From: Chrysomallon squamiferum | Lineage: Eukaryota; Animalia; Mollusca | Reading direction: 5' to 3' | Length of the DNA stretch: 64,000 nt | Assembly: GCA_012295275.1 (NCBI GenBank) | Contig: CM022665.1 | Location: 39,246,001-39,310,000, forward strand | Shown here: positions 29,244 through 40,872 of the stretch, piece after piece | Position numbering within the stretch: position 1 is the first letter of the stretch | Layout of the letters: the number at the start of each line of letters is the position of its first letter | The notes under the pieces: generated by a model | The model's database searches: none | Told to the model about the DNA's origin: nothing | Seen by the model: the letters and a program-made list of their open reading frames with translations, nothing else | Made by a program: the position numbers and the translations under genes

Positions 29244-29959
29244 CGCCTCTGTATAAATTTGTTGAATCAGTGATGTCTGAATTAAAATAACTTGTTTTTC
29301 TTCGCAAAATGTTTTTCATAGGTTATTGATTCAGTCTGTCAAAACAATTTGGAGAGACAAAGAACGGTTAAGAAAACCTTCTATGACAACAGAACAAGAG
29401 ACAACATCCTCGGTTATAAACACCGCCCTAATTTTTTCACTTTTTGTGGGTCTTCTTTTTCTTTTATTTATTTATTTTTGTATTTTATTTTTTTGAGTGA
29501 GGGAGGTATGGAGTTTTGGGGTTTTTTTTTTTTTGGTTGTTAATGTTGTCGTTGCTGTTGCATAACGCGTGTTTGTTTTCGTTTTTATAATGGAATTTAT
29601 ATCGTTAATCAGGACTACCAAAATGGCGCACCTCTCCTTTTTATATCCTGGATTCGATTCATAAATATCATTTTAGAACTCGTAGTTATTTTATAGCATT
29701 TCTGTCGTTGATATGCTAAACATAGTGTTGTTCACCCTCAGCGGTGCTTGTACGTCAGAAGATTAACTAAAGAGAAGAAAAAAAAAAAAAAAAAAAACCA
29801 TGTAGGAGTGGATGTGTCGTGAATCAAACCAAGTTCATACCAGCCTCCGTCTAATGACTTCTTTGAAATGGTTAGCACAGTGCTGTCCACTCAAAGCGTT
29901 GGTAGAATGTTTGAAGATTCACCAAAGAGAAACAACAACAACTACAACAACAACAAAAA

Positions 29960-29995
<36 letters not shown>

Positions 29996-30867
29996 AATAA
30001 CAAATAAATAAATAAATAAATAAATAAGGTCAGTGCTATGAACTTAAAACTTACTAAATCATTTCTGAGTAGGAGTAGGTGTTGAGAGTCAGTTCTTGTT
30101 CTTACCGGACTTCAGTTTGACAACTTAACCGCAATGCGCATGAGACCGGTAGAATATGTCAACCGAGATTAAGTTTGTGTAAAATACATGGTATCACATA
30201 ACTTCCGCTGTGTATAGATTACTCAAAGATTTTTTGGGTTGTGTGACGTGATTATTAACAATCTGAAATGGAACTCCCTAGGAACCATCGGAAAGTTCTG
30301 CTGAGTTTGTAGATCTTTGCAGTACAGGTCTTATCGTTTATGTAAACATTTAATCATGACTGTTTGAAATCGGAATCGTTGCAGAATAATGGTACGTAGG
30401 TGTTTGATGTAATATTCTGAGAAATTTGAAAACATTCATCTTAGGCGACATTATGATAAGAAACTGAAGATTTTCGTGGGTGTGATATTCTGACATCTTT
30501 GATAATTCCAGTGAGATGACATTATAGATTTTGTTTTCCCAGGATTCCGTTTTGTTCAAATACGTCAAAAGCAGTTGCATCTGCTGAATTGTCAAGAGGA
30601 TATATCTTGTACAACATCAGTCGTAAGAGCTGTTATATGGTGTAATGGACTATAGTTACTGACCACACTGAAGCAAATGGTTATGTTTAGTAGCGTTGTC
30701 AGTACGAAAACAAACCTTTTAATACATTAACAAGAAAACCCATCTGATATTGTATTAATAAGAAAAAAATGGAAACTTATATATAATTACACTAAGTGAG
30801 ATAGTCGCCCATTATACATTAATACTAATACTACTACTTCCTCCACTATTATTACTATATATATGTA

Positions 30868-30903
<36 letters not shown>

Positions 30904-30981
30904 ATTATATAGGTATGTATGTATGTATGTATGTATTCGTGTATGAATATACCTATATCTATCTATCTATCTATCTATCTA

Positions 30982-31019
<38 letters not shown>

Positions 31020-34000
31020 AATTTTCTCTCTGATTTTATTTTTAAAGTTAATAAAATTTTCTTCGTCTGTATTAATGATGAAGGTCGTGTGTTCACTTAG
31101 TTTAAAGCACAATGCAGATCTAATAATATATGCCTATTATAAGATTCAAAAATATTCATATTATTCAAAAATGTGACTTTAACGACACAAAAAGTCTACT
31201 CATACACACACACGCACGCACAAACACGCACACACGCACGCACAAAGACGCACACACACTCGTTTCATTTTATGAACACCTTCTTAACACATTGTTACTG
31301 TATGAAACTGTTTTTACAAACTGTGAACACAGAAACTAGAAGTTTAACGTAAATTTAATGATTTTTCTACATATTTTGAAATAATAATATTGTTTGAATT
31401 CTAACACACACACACACACACACACATATATTTACTATAATAAGAATAACTATATTAAAACTATATTACATATAAAGTATGTGAAACCAGGTTTTCTTTT
31501 AAAATAAAAATGGATTTAATGAACATTTAAACATACATGTTATATAGATATAACATAATCAGTTCCTTAAGTGTTCATTATTTCATACAGTACCATTTAA
31601 AAAAAAAAAAATTATTTATATCTAAAATAATAAATAATCTGATGATACATTACAGACACAAGCACACACACATAAATATACAATAAATAAATAAATAAAT
31701 AAATAAATAAGGAGAAACAGATATGCACAGAGACTGAAATATAGAAAGCAGACTAGAAGACAGATATATTATAATATCTGTTAACATTCACTAAAGTCTA
31801 ATATATATATATTAAACTTACAGATCCCATATGGACCTTAAGTAACTCGTTTATAACTGACATAACTGTAATAGTAACTGAACTGAAACCTATCTGTATT
31901 ACTTGATAAACTATTTTGTAAATTTCAAACATATTGATCTTTCATGCTAGACTATTCCCAGTGACGTTTACGTCCATAGTTTGTGGACTTAGATGTTTAA
32001 ACGACTTTTGCTATGTTTAAGTCGTGAAAGTCTTTCATTTGGTCCCTAACATGTCTGATTATAGCAGTGCCTTGATGTTTATAAAATATCGGTCTCCATC
32101 AAGTCTGGTTGATTTCGGCTTCTCAAAACGATGGAGATTCTCTGTGGAATTTTGTCGATAGGAAAAATTGTCGTTTTGTGTCAATAGTACTAAACGTAAT
32201 TTTTCTCATCATCTGAATCGTTGTTCTCGTCATGATAGAGTATTTCAGAGAATCCCTGATATCTCTAATTCTGTACTTACGCTTATTTCTTTCTTTTTTT
32301 TTTCTATTAAGTAATTAATATTCTTACGTTTTTGTGGCTCACTAGTTGCTGAGCAAAAGTATGTTGCGAGAAACGTATGTTTTTGCCTTATGTAGGGATT
32401 TCAAGGACGATCGATTTACGTAAGTCGACGGTCGTCCGACAAAAAGAGTCTATAAACCACAAATATGTAGATTAAGAATGTGTTTAGTGCAACGTTAAAG
32501 AAGAGAAGTTTTCTTCTTTTTATTGCAACACGAATGGTCTATTTTAACAGGAGAGATCTGCACGCCAGAACTGGAAAATGACTGTCTTGAACAATGCTTA
32601 ACTAAAACCATAAAAATGAATGTGAGTAAAACGTGTTCGTAAGATACGATCGCTTTGATAACAGCGCATATAGTGTTCATATATCTCACGTTTTCACCAG
32701 TCTTCATACGTTTAGTTGATTAATATTATATGCTTGAAAGATTAAAAAGCGTTGTTACAACACAGTTCAGTTTTATTTTTTATTATTGTTTTATTATTAA
32801 TTTTTTTATTATTATTTCTATAAGAAATCGTATGCTTATAAAAAGGTCTCGTGTTTGTTTGTTTATAGTGTAAAAAAAAATTAACAACAAATAAAAACAA
32901 CAAGAAAATATGAACAAAAACAACAACGTGTTAATGAAAACACCGTGCACATTAATAATATAATATTACTCAAGCCTTTTAATGTGGTCGTAATTGAACG
33001 GATTTTAGTTAACCTTGGTTTATACCGTACATATTCCATAGAGACGAGAATGATACAAAGTCAAGCCAAACAACGGAGTTAATGTTATTTTGATATCAGT
33101 TTATGACACCGAGTTTCCCATTTATTACCCAGCGAGCGACTTCATGGTGACAGAACATGCTAAAGAAATTTGGAAAGTAATATTAGATTTCTTCAATAAC
33201 TAATGGATGGCTTTAGATTATTTACGTTAGAAATAATGAACAACATAATTAATGACGGCAATTCACTGAATTAATATATTAAATTTAAATTAACTGCTAA
33301 CAGATAAAGATCAGCAGGAATCATCTTTTCTTTTCTTTTTTTAATATATTTTCTTCATGTAATAATTATCTTAACTTAAAAAGAAAAATATTGTGGTATT
33401 CTACGAAAATTCAAGATGGCGGAAATGTTTCAAAATATCCTCCCAAATGATGGGTCCATTTTTTTAGAAATTCTTCTGAGTGTCTAACAAAATAATAATT
33501 CTGGCTGTCTTAATTGCTACATTGTAATCTTCATTTTATTTCAGTGTTTATTTATTAACTTTCAAAATTTTAAACGTTTCTTAATGTTTTCAGAAACGTT
33601 TGAAACTCTGTTTGCTCGTTCATTCGTATTTTTAAATATTAATAAAATAAGATTTTTTTATTATTATTAAATGTCGTTGATTGTTGTTGAAGAGGTGCTT
33701 TATTTGTTTTTTCTTTTAAAAAAAGAAAAGAAAAATGGATAAAAAAGGCACTTGTAACTGGTTTGAAATTAAATGTTTTCCTCACTTATTAAATTTGTCA
33801 TTAGTTCCTGTCAAAAAAACATAATAATCTGTTTCCTATTTTTCTCTTCTAAATGAATTCCATATGAAATACAGTTTAACTGTTGTTATTAAACTTCAAT
33901 GTTTTCACCATGTACTGTGATATTTACAGTTGTGATTAATCTATTTCTGAGGTCAATAAACCTTTATATAAAACACGTACTCACAAACACAAACACATAC

Positions 34001-35873
34001 ATATGCACACATACATAAATACATACAAATATACATAAATGCACACATAGATACACACATACATACATAAATACAAAGATACGCACACACACACACACAC
34101 ACACATATAATTATGTAACACTAAAAGACTATAACACCACTCAGGACATAACATTCTTGTTACGTCTTTTTAATTGCTATACATGCCAAATCAAAAGGGT
34201 ATGTCTGCTGTTGTAAGTGCATCTTCAAGAATTATCCTTTTAGGCCACATATTTCAGCTTCACAAATGTAGCGAACCGCCGCTGGCTTTGTCTAACGACT
34301 ATTTCTAGTATAATAAACTTGTAGTGGGTGGAACCGATGATCGTCTCTCCTGTATGGAAATGATAACTAAATGGATTTTTTTGTCCGCCTTTGTTGAAAG
34401 AATTGATCGTAACACGTAACAGACTAATAAACTGTTGGACTAATTATAAGCTGTCAAAAGGCTCTGCTAAAATTTGACGTGGATTTGAAAAAATATGTTA
34501 CGTCAGCTTGGATTTGACTCCTAATAAAGCAAATTTTCAGTTGATGTAGAGAAAAGTATTACTTTCAGACTCGATTCCGTTTCGAAAATACAAACAGCGA
34601 GTTGGAAGTCTTAGAAACGTAATGATATTATTCTTAACGGTGTAAACGGTCAACATCAGTGAAATGCTTAATGTGTCAGTATAGTTCGATATTTTTGTTT
34701 ATCTTATTTTATAATTTATTTGATCTACTAAGGTTGTTTCTGTGGTTATTGATCATTAATGGTTTTTTTTTTTTTTTTTTTTTTTAAATGTCGTTGGTGA
34801 TATTTTACTTTAGAATATTTCATTGTAATTAGCTTAGTAAATGAAAGAAAGAGAAGAAAGAAAGATAGAGAATTTGAGAGACGCAAAGAGAGAATGACCA
34901 GTACATGATTAAACTTCACGCCTATGCCTCTCGTGGCATGCAGTTCTATCATTAGAAAAACCAAGGCCAGAGGCTTTTTTTTTTTTTTTTTTTTTTTGGC
35001 TTTAAAAGAAGACTCTGATCGTTTACTGTAATTATAGTTTTATAACTTAATACCATATATAAGTTAAATGACGCTTTCTTTGACCTATAGAAGTATCGAC
35101 AGAATACTACGACGTTATTACTTTTTTTTTTCTTCTTTTAAATCACAGTCTTGGAAAACGTTTAACTTCTGTTTGTCGCAAATCACATTCACTTCGTGTA
35201 ATGTAATAACAGTTTTATAACGTTAAACATGTAGTAAAGGGTACTGGATAGAGACGTCACTATTATAAAGATTTTTTTTAAATTTATTTATTGATTTTAT
35301 TATTATATTTATTATTATTATTTTGTTTTTTTGTTTTGGTCGCGATGTTGTTAGGTTTGGCTAATCTTCTCACTACATAATGAGAATGTAGAGCGTGGGT
35401 TGCTCTGCAGTATTATCTGTCAGTCCAGAGCTTCTTAAACTGATGAAATGTTGACAGAAAGGTGAATGAAGTAGTTGTTTTCTTTGGGAGGTGACGAAAC
35501 TGGATGGGTGAATAAAACAGGAACGGTGACTGACTTAATTAACTGAGATAATTCATGTTCTCCTTTGCTTACAAAGCCTTTGCTATTAAAGTGAGCGGCA
35601 AGCAATGGAAACCGTTAAGTCTTTTCTCTCAACATTGTTGTTTTCTAATTACGTATATATTTATATACAAGAAAAATAAGACGAAAGTTAGAGAAACCCA
35701 AAGTAAATGGCATTTTGCATTAAAGGGTAAGTGAAATGGTTTAAAAAGACCAGTATTAGACATATGGGCAGAGGCCGTGCCTACATTTTTGGGACGCTGA
35801 AGCTTCAACTGTTTTGGGGTCTCTTCGCAAGCAGCAACGAGGTCTGGATAATCACTGTTTTCTTCTTCTGCAG

Positions 35874-36166
35874 CACACGTTTTCAACCTTTTTCATACCC
35901 CGATCCCTTATGAGCAACTCAATATGACCAATGATCCCCTTTTAAAATGCTTGATTCAATATTATCTAGGGTTACCATATTTTCATCAAGCAAAGACAGT
36001 ACAAAAGGATTCTATATTCACTATGACGGGTCCCAGATCTATCTACACCTTTTTTTTTATTCCTCCTTCCAAATCAAGTTGAAAAAAGCTAAAACATACC
36101 CTCGCTCAAGAAGGATCTCGTGACCTCCAGAAACGAGGCTGGCGACACCCAGGTTGAAAACCTATG
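35874..36166. mobile_element. ~293-bp non-autonomous hAT (Charlie-like) MITE
   Basis: 16-bp TIRs cacacgttttcaacct / aggttgaaaacctatg (14/16 match); 8-bp TSD ttctgcag (35866-35873) / ttctacag (36167-36174); absent from the homologous site in the other four units. Confidence 0.75.
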
Positions 36167-36705
36167 TTCTACAGCATGTTCCATGACAAGTTTTAAAAAT
36201 GCAGATTTTGTTTTAAATTTTGAAGTCATGTGGACTAAAGTGTCTTCTAGAGGATTTCTGGGATTAGGGCTGCTGAAGCTTAAAGCTTCGATAGTTTTAT
36301 AACCGTGATTATTCCCACTATGATAGTTTCATAACAGATCCGCGCCTGGGTATCAGTGACTTTAATCGTCTTCACCGTGTATACTAATTCTTATTCCTTA
36401 TTACAAATGCGAGATGATGTTCAGTTTGAAAAGCCAAAGGGAAACAACTGACATTTGCTAAGTGAAGGCTAATAAATATCAAGAGTTGTCGAAATTATTG
36501 TAAATATACCATGAGCGGACTCATTTTAATCGAATTATAATTAAACTTCATTTCTTGGAATGCTTGATTCGTCCTTGTATTTGATTAGTGTGCATAGTAT
36601 TATCAGGTTTTTTAAATAAATAAATGGAATAAAAGCAATACATCGTAGAAACATAGGTGAAAAATGTTTAAATTACAATCAAGACGGTTGTGTATTTGAG
36701 AAATG

Positions 36706-36711
36706 TTTATT
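36706..36711 (-). terminator. AATAAA polyadenylation signal in 3' UTR exon 5 of copy 1 (exon starts 36777)
   Basis: Strong acceptor TTATTTTCCTCCTTTTATTGTAG| at 36777, then AATAAA ~65 nt downstream. Conserved in copies 2-5 at 42671-42676, 48644-48649, 55256-55261, 61239-61244 (exon 5 starts 42744, 48718, 55328, 61310). Confidence 0.65.
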
Positions 36712-36916
36712 CAGACTAATTTCTCTTTCATTACATCTTCTATTATGCTTTTTTATTTCTTCCAGATTTCAGTCGATCTACAATAAAAGGAGGAAAATAA
36801 GTTTTATTTACAATTCTAAATGACTTTCTTTTGTATAAGCTATATTCATCGGCATCGTTGTCGCTTCTGTTACTGTCGTCGTTTCAGTAAATGGATAATT
36901 AAAGCGTACTTACATT

Positions 36917-37367
36917 TTAAAAACTATTTAAATATTTCATCATCTTCTGAAACTCTTTCACCGTAACTTCATTGTCACCTGAAATATTTACACTTACAAT
37001 TAAAACACAAATTCGTTTTTAATTTATATTGAATCCTGAAAACTTTTATTTTATACATATATATTTCAAACATTAACAGTTATAACGAGTTGAACAATAG
37101 TTTGACACTGCCATTAAACTATATTCTGCTCATCACATATCAAAGCCATTGCCACAACTCTGAAAGCTAGATCTATGAATTTACAGCAAGCTTTCTTCAT
37201 GTATGTTATTCCTTCCCATAGTCAGAAAAATACGTTACGATCATTGATAATAAATAGGTAACTAGTTACACCAAAAAATGAATTACTGCAGTATAGACTA
37301 TTGATCCTGTAACCAAACACACATCGGGTCACTGCCCTATCATTGAGTTACAGGCCTATCCTATCGC

Positions 37368-37402
<35 letters not shown>

Positions 37403-37530
37403 TATAGCTTACGTCATTATTATTTTATTTCACAATCAGAAATATAAAATATAATTATAAACTTGAAAATCGAGTACAAGAATTTAATAATATAGTAGTA
37501 GCAGTAGAAGCAACAATAGCTAAACAAATA

Positions 37531-37568
<38 letters not shown>

Positions 37569-38314
37569 TTTATATTTATGTTTATAATTATGTTTATATT
37601 TATGTTTAAAATTATGTTGATGATGATAGTAATAAAAACGATGACGAAAGAGCGTACCATCTTCATCAGCAACGGCAAGAATATCCTGCGTATCTCTGCT
37701 GTCAACTAGATTCTCTACCTCGGTTTCGTCTATCACGCCGTCCATGTTGGCATCAAAATCAGCGGCATCTGCAGCAGTTAATTTAATTCTTATTAAACCT
37801 TTACAGTGAACATTCACGTGCTGAAAATAGTTATTCAGTACTCTTCGCTTGAAAATAACATCTTAAGTAAGTTAGTTGCTCTTCTGGAGCTGTTCGTGTT
37901 GTTATTGCTGTTACTGTAGTTAATATTGTTGTTACTTTAGTGTTTGCTATTGATAATGACGTTGCCACAGATGTAATTTCTATCAATTACAATGTTTTTG
38001 TCTTCACAAGGTTCTAATTTTTGGGGGTTATTTTATAATTACATTAAGGGTTCTGTAAAGATTATTATTAGTATTCTTATTTTATCGTATATTCATTGCG
38101 TTATGTATTTACCACCAAAGCAGGTTACTAAAATGTTGTTACCTCTTTTCCCAGCACCCGCAATGGCTCCTGCGACTTTGGCAATCGCCACGCTTACAGC
38201 TACTCTCTTAGCTACTTCACCTACACGTCGAAAAAAACGTCGTCCACGCCAACTACCCGCAGACAGGGTGACCGCAGCAACCAACAACAACAACAACAAC
38301 AATGTAGACTTCAT
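36917..38314 (-). CDS. Copy 1: secreted cationic amphipathic (antimicrobial-like) peptide precursor with C-terminal two-EF-hand acidic domain, 114 aa
   Basis: Coding exons 38314-38143, 37768-37658, 36978-36917; both introns GT-AG, phase 1. Protein MKSTLLLLLLLVAAVTLSAG-SWRGRRFFRRVGEVAKRVAVSVAIAKVAGAIAGA-GKR-DAADFDANMDGVIDETEVENLVDSRDTQDILAVADEDGDNEVTVKEFQKMMKYLNSF*. EF loops DANMDGVIDETE and DEDGDNEVTVKE; the second exists only after splicing. Confidence 0.9.
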
Positions 38315-39051
38315 CTAAAGAAAATAATAGAATGTTGTCATCAGTATGAAATGAATACTTATTTGTTCAACAACATATTTTAATATTAACTGATATTAGA
38401 AGACAATTATTTGAGTTTTATACATTGATTTTACTAGAGATAAAACCCGCTGTTACTACTCCTATTTCTACTCACATATATTAAAAATAATTTTTTTTTT
38501 TAAAAAGCCATTGTCCATCATAAATAAATCAGTAGTGGGCACTGGCTGAAACGGGAAATAGGCCAGATAACGGGTTTGATCTTTCACCAGTAGATGTGAC
38601 AGACGAAACTCGCAGTTGCTTTCCTGATAGCCATTCTGATCCATCAGCAGATACCTTCCTTTTTACTTTTTCTTTGATGAAACCAATCATGAAATAATGG
38701 CAATAATCGATCCTCCAACATATTTTTCCTTAGACGTTCACAAAAATTCATACTCATAGACCATCTCATGATACTACTGCTACTGCAGCTACTACTACAA
38801 CTACAACTAGGACTACTACTAATATGATTACTACTACTACTACTATAATACAACAACAACTACTGCTACTAATACGATTACTACTACTACAACAGCAATA
38901 ACAACTACTACTATTACGATTACTATTTCTACTACTTCTACCATTAATAATAGTAATAAAATAATAATAAGACAATAGCAACAATAACAATTAAAACTAA
39001 ATTAAATAAATAACTAAATCTAAATAAATAAATACAAAAATGAATACTTAC

Positions 39052-39161
39052 TTTGTAGCGTTCAGAATCAGCTTGTCTGAAATGGTCAGATTAAGCCTCT
39101 TTTTATGTGCTGTCGAACAGGATTTGAAAACCTACACCCACATCCTTATCTACAGTTATCA
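39052..39161 (-). promoter_or_regulatory. Core promoter and ~27-nt non-coding exon 1 of copy 1
   Basis: CATAAAAA (39107-39100) lies 29 nt upstream of an initiator-like TTTCAGAC (A+1 = 39078); donor CAAA|GTAAGT after 39052; two WGATAA sites at 39146-39151 and 39156-39161. Confidence 0.65.
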
Positions 39162-40254
39162 TCAGTCAAATTGAAAATTCACATTAATTCATATCATATT
39201 ATGTGAGAACATTAATTAACATCATTTCTAAAAGTCATTAATTAAGGGCGGTTTTGTTCATTAATTATGTCTCCTGTGTTTAAAAGACGTAAAAAAATAA
39301 AAAGGTGTGTGTGTAATGGATTTTAGCCAAACAGTCGCTGTTATTTCTCAAACTGTTAATGTTTTCGACAATATTGGTAACTACCATGACTACGCCACGA
39401 ATACGTCTTTTGCTACTACAACCAAAAAAAAAACACACAAAACGACTTCTTCTGTTCCATCAAAAAGATGCAATATAAACAAAAATAGAAAAATCATACA
39501 AAAGCAAAGCAAAAAAACACCTAAAAAGTGAAAATTCAAACTAAACTAAACTAAAAAAAGTAATAATAAAAAAATAATAAAGTAAAATTAATAATTAAAC
39601 AATAAGAACAATAACACACAACAACAACAACAACTGTGATATATATAATATTAATAATAATAACAATAACAATAACGACCTCACTCTCTTCCTCCTAACA
39701 CTCAAAAAAACACCAAGAAACAAAAATATGAACATAGAAAACAACACTATAATATAATACAATATAATATAATATAATATAATATACTTGTTAAATGTGT
39801 GGGATATTTATTTTATTGTCTAGCCACTTCCAGATTTAGGTCATTCATTTGTCATTAACCACGCTGGTGATGGAGAATGTACGACAGCATACGTCAAAAT
39901 ATGTTAACAGGTCTTCAAATTTCAAAGTTTTAACTGTTAATTATACATATACATAAATACATACAGGGTGATTATAAAGTACCTGTGTTATCTTATACTC
40001 TCATTATGGGATTTAAAATTAGGTAAAAAATGTGTTTGAAAAGTTTTAGAATCGTAACACGATTTGTATATATAATGACCATGATCATGTTGAAAATTAG
40101 GCAATAAATATATTTAAAAATTAAAAAATTATTTTCTCTTATCCTTTTCACAGATCGATTCTATCATGCATTGATAAGATGTCATAAAAATTTACAACCG
40201 CACAGAGTGTGTTTGCGAATGATTGAAAGTGTAACGAAAATGATTTTATCACCC

Positions 40255-40299
<45 letters not shown>

Positions 40300-40692
40300 T
40301 TTATTATTATTGTTATTGTTATTATTGTTGTTGTTGTTGTTGACTTGTTGACGGATTTCTTCGTAGCTATAAAGCTGCATTCTCGTAAAACTTTGGACAG
40401 CGCAGATGTTGGTTTTTCAGTCGTCGTCTGCTGTTTAGATTGAAGTAAACAAGATGGCTGAAATTCGATATTTTCGTAGAACTAGAAAACTTGTTGCATG
40501 TTTCACTTACTAAGATTCACGACGTGGTGTTTAGTGAGTTTGTAAATGTCCACGTCTGCAGTTTTAGCACGTCTTGAGGTAAGACTGACAAGAAACCATT
40601 TTATTTTATTTATTTATTTATTTATATATATTTTTTTTTTTTAAATAGTTATTGTTCTTCTTATTATTATTACTACTATTATTATTATAATA

Positions 40693-40739
<47 letters not shown>

Positions 40740-40830
40740 TGATGCTGGTTATGGTATTCGTAATGGTGGTGGTGGTGTTGTTGCTATCTTTGTTATGATC
40801 ATCATAATTAATATAATTACTGTATTAATG

Positions 40831-40872
<42 letters not shown>

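Noticed and set aside
37455-37817. Stand-alone ORF MNVHCKGLIRIKLTAADAADF... and its homologs as independent genes
   Set aside because: They begin at GTG/TTG in intron sequence and end in microsatellite read-through; only 37768-37658 is a real internal exon.
37992-38318. Plus-strand ORFs with an NLS-like PTRRKKRRPR in each unit
   Set aside because: Antisense shadow of the peptide exon; starts and lengths differ between copies.
38644-38990. Ser-, Val- and Cys-rich ORFs upstream of each ATG
   Set aside because: Translations of degenerate (TAG)n/(CTA)n tracts in intron 1, with frames and lengths varying between copies.
39963-40258. Possible Tc1/mariner-type MITE (TA-CAGGGTGAT ... ATCACCC)
   Set aside because: Only a 7-bp core is inverted and the right terminus does not match; too weak to call.
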